64,000 nucleotides of DNA from Botryllus schlosseri (lineage: Eukaryota): NCBI GenBank assembly GCA_051294905.1, contig CM119372.1, forward strand, positions 6,758,001-6,822,000, given 5' to 3'. Each line of letters begins with the position of its first letter. The first letter of the stretch is position 1. Below, piece after piece: positions 63,083 to 64,000 of the stretch. Both the position numbers and the translations under genes were made by a program. The notes below the pieces were generated by a model. That model saw only the letters and a program-made list of their open reading frames with translations. It was not told the origin of the DNA and ran no database searches.

Positions 63083-63985
63083 GGTTGCCCGACATTAGGG
63101 CTGTTCAAAAATAACTTATTTTTCTGGATTCCAGTCGTTCAGTTTTCAAATTGTCAGGTTACCCTAAAAAACGTTGCACACCGAATTTGGTTCAATTCTA
63201 ACAAGTATAGGGCTCCGCGGATCCAATTAAAATTTTTAATTGAAACAGGAGAATTAAAAAAAAAATTTAAATTTTTCTGTCAACCCCATGAAATTGTTGA
63301 GCTGTCTTAAGAGACGATGCAAAACAAATTTGACTCAATTCCAACTAGTAGAAGTGGAGTTATTAAAGTTTTTCGTTGATAATCCTCGGATTATACACCA
63401 ATCAAGGATAATCCGAGAAATATCAACGAAAAACTCCAATAACTCCGCTTCTACAAGTTGGAATTGAGTCAAATTTGTTTTGCATCGTCTTTGCAGCCAG
63501 CTCAACAATTTCATGGGGTTGACAGAAAAATTTAAAATATTTTTTTTTAATTTTCCTGTTTAAATTAAAAATTTTAATTGGATCCGCGGAGCCCTATACT
63601 TGTTAGAATTGAACCAAATTTGGTGTGCAGCGTTTTTTTTAGGGTAACCTGACAATTTCGGCTGGAATCTAGGAAAAAAAAGTTATTTTTGAACAGCCCT
63701 ACCCGACATATGAGCATGCGACACAATAGAAAACGACAGTTCAGCAAGGAACACATCAGCATGCGTCACTTCAACATGTGACTGTATAACCCAAAAACTT
63801 ACCCTAACCAGAAACATAGCCCTGAAATTAACCCTTAGATATATCCTAACCCTAACCCAATCATAAAGCCTAACCCTAACCCAACCATAAACTCAGCCCT
63901 AACCCGTAATTTAACCCACATGCTCATGTGTCGCATGCCAAATTGTCGCATGCTGTAATGTCGCATGCTCATATGTCCACGGACC
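63083..63985. mobile_element. MITE with 19-bp subterminal inverted repeats and internal TAACCC repeats; host of the foldback element
   Basis: After removing the insertion, GACATATGAGCATGCGACA / TGTCGCATGCTCATATGTC. Termini are GG..CC with AT on both flanks. Confidence 0.6.
63096..63701. mobile_element. Foldback hAT-type MITE (almost entirely palindromic)
   Basis: Two ~295-bp inverted arms (TAGGGCTGTTCAAAAATAACTT... / ...AAGTTATTTTTGAACAGCCCTA) around a ~10-nt centre near 63400; perfect TSD CCCGACAT. Confidence 0.93.
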
Positions 63986-64000
63986 ATTGCAAATGTACGA

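Noticed and set aside
63780-63920. Interstitial telomere or chromosome-fusion relic
   Set aside because: The repeats are few, degenerate and enclosed in a dispersed TIR-bounded element.

Overview
Eukaryotic (invertebrate chordate, most likely ascidian; inference) genomic window. It is AT-rich, has many 60-70 nt minimal introns and is dense in non-autonomous DNA transposons. I hand-assembled four spliced genes from GT/GC-AG boundaries and frame continuity. (1) 115-7866 (-): a secreted modular protein, signal peptide-RTKR-4xEGF-FN2-[17 symmetric phase-1 micro-exons encoding E/D-G-S-A/G repeats]-VWD; the 3' end probably runs off the window. (2) 14289-27335 (+): a 25-exon, ~1321 aa MyBP-C/IGFN1/IGSF22-family muscle Ig/Fn3 protein. 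(3) 29264-51175 (-): syntaxin-1 with three stacked alternative transmembrane exons. (4) 60813-61217 (-): the last two exons of a retinoic acid receptor with a divergent AF-2 helix. There are at least 8 hAT-type MITE families with 8-bp TSDs, several of them nested, plus a tRNA-derived SINE and a foldback MITE. No CRISPR array, rRNA or intact tRNA gene is supported. The best candidate for an undescribed system is the frame-preserving micro-exon array of gene 1, a putative splice-tunable proteoglycan. Everything was done by eye; no database search or expression data were available.
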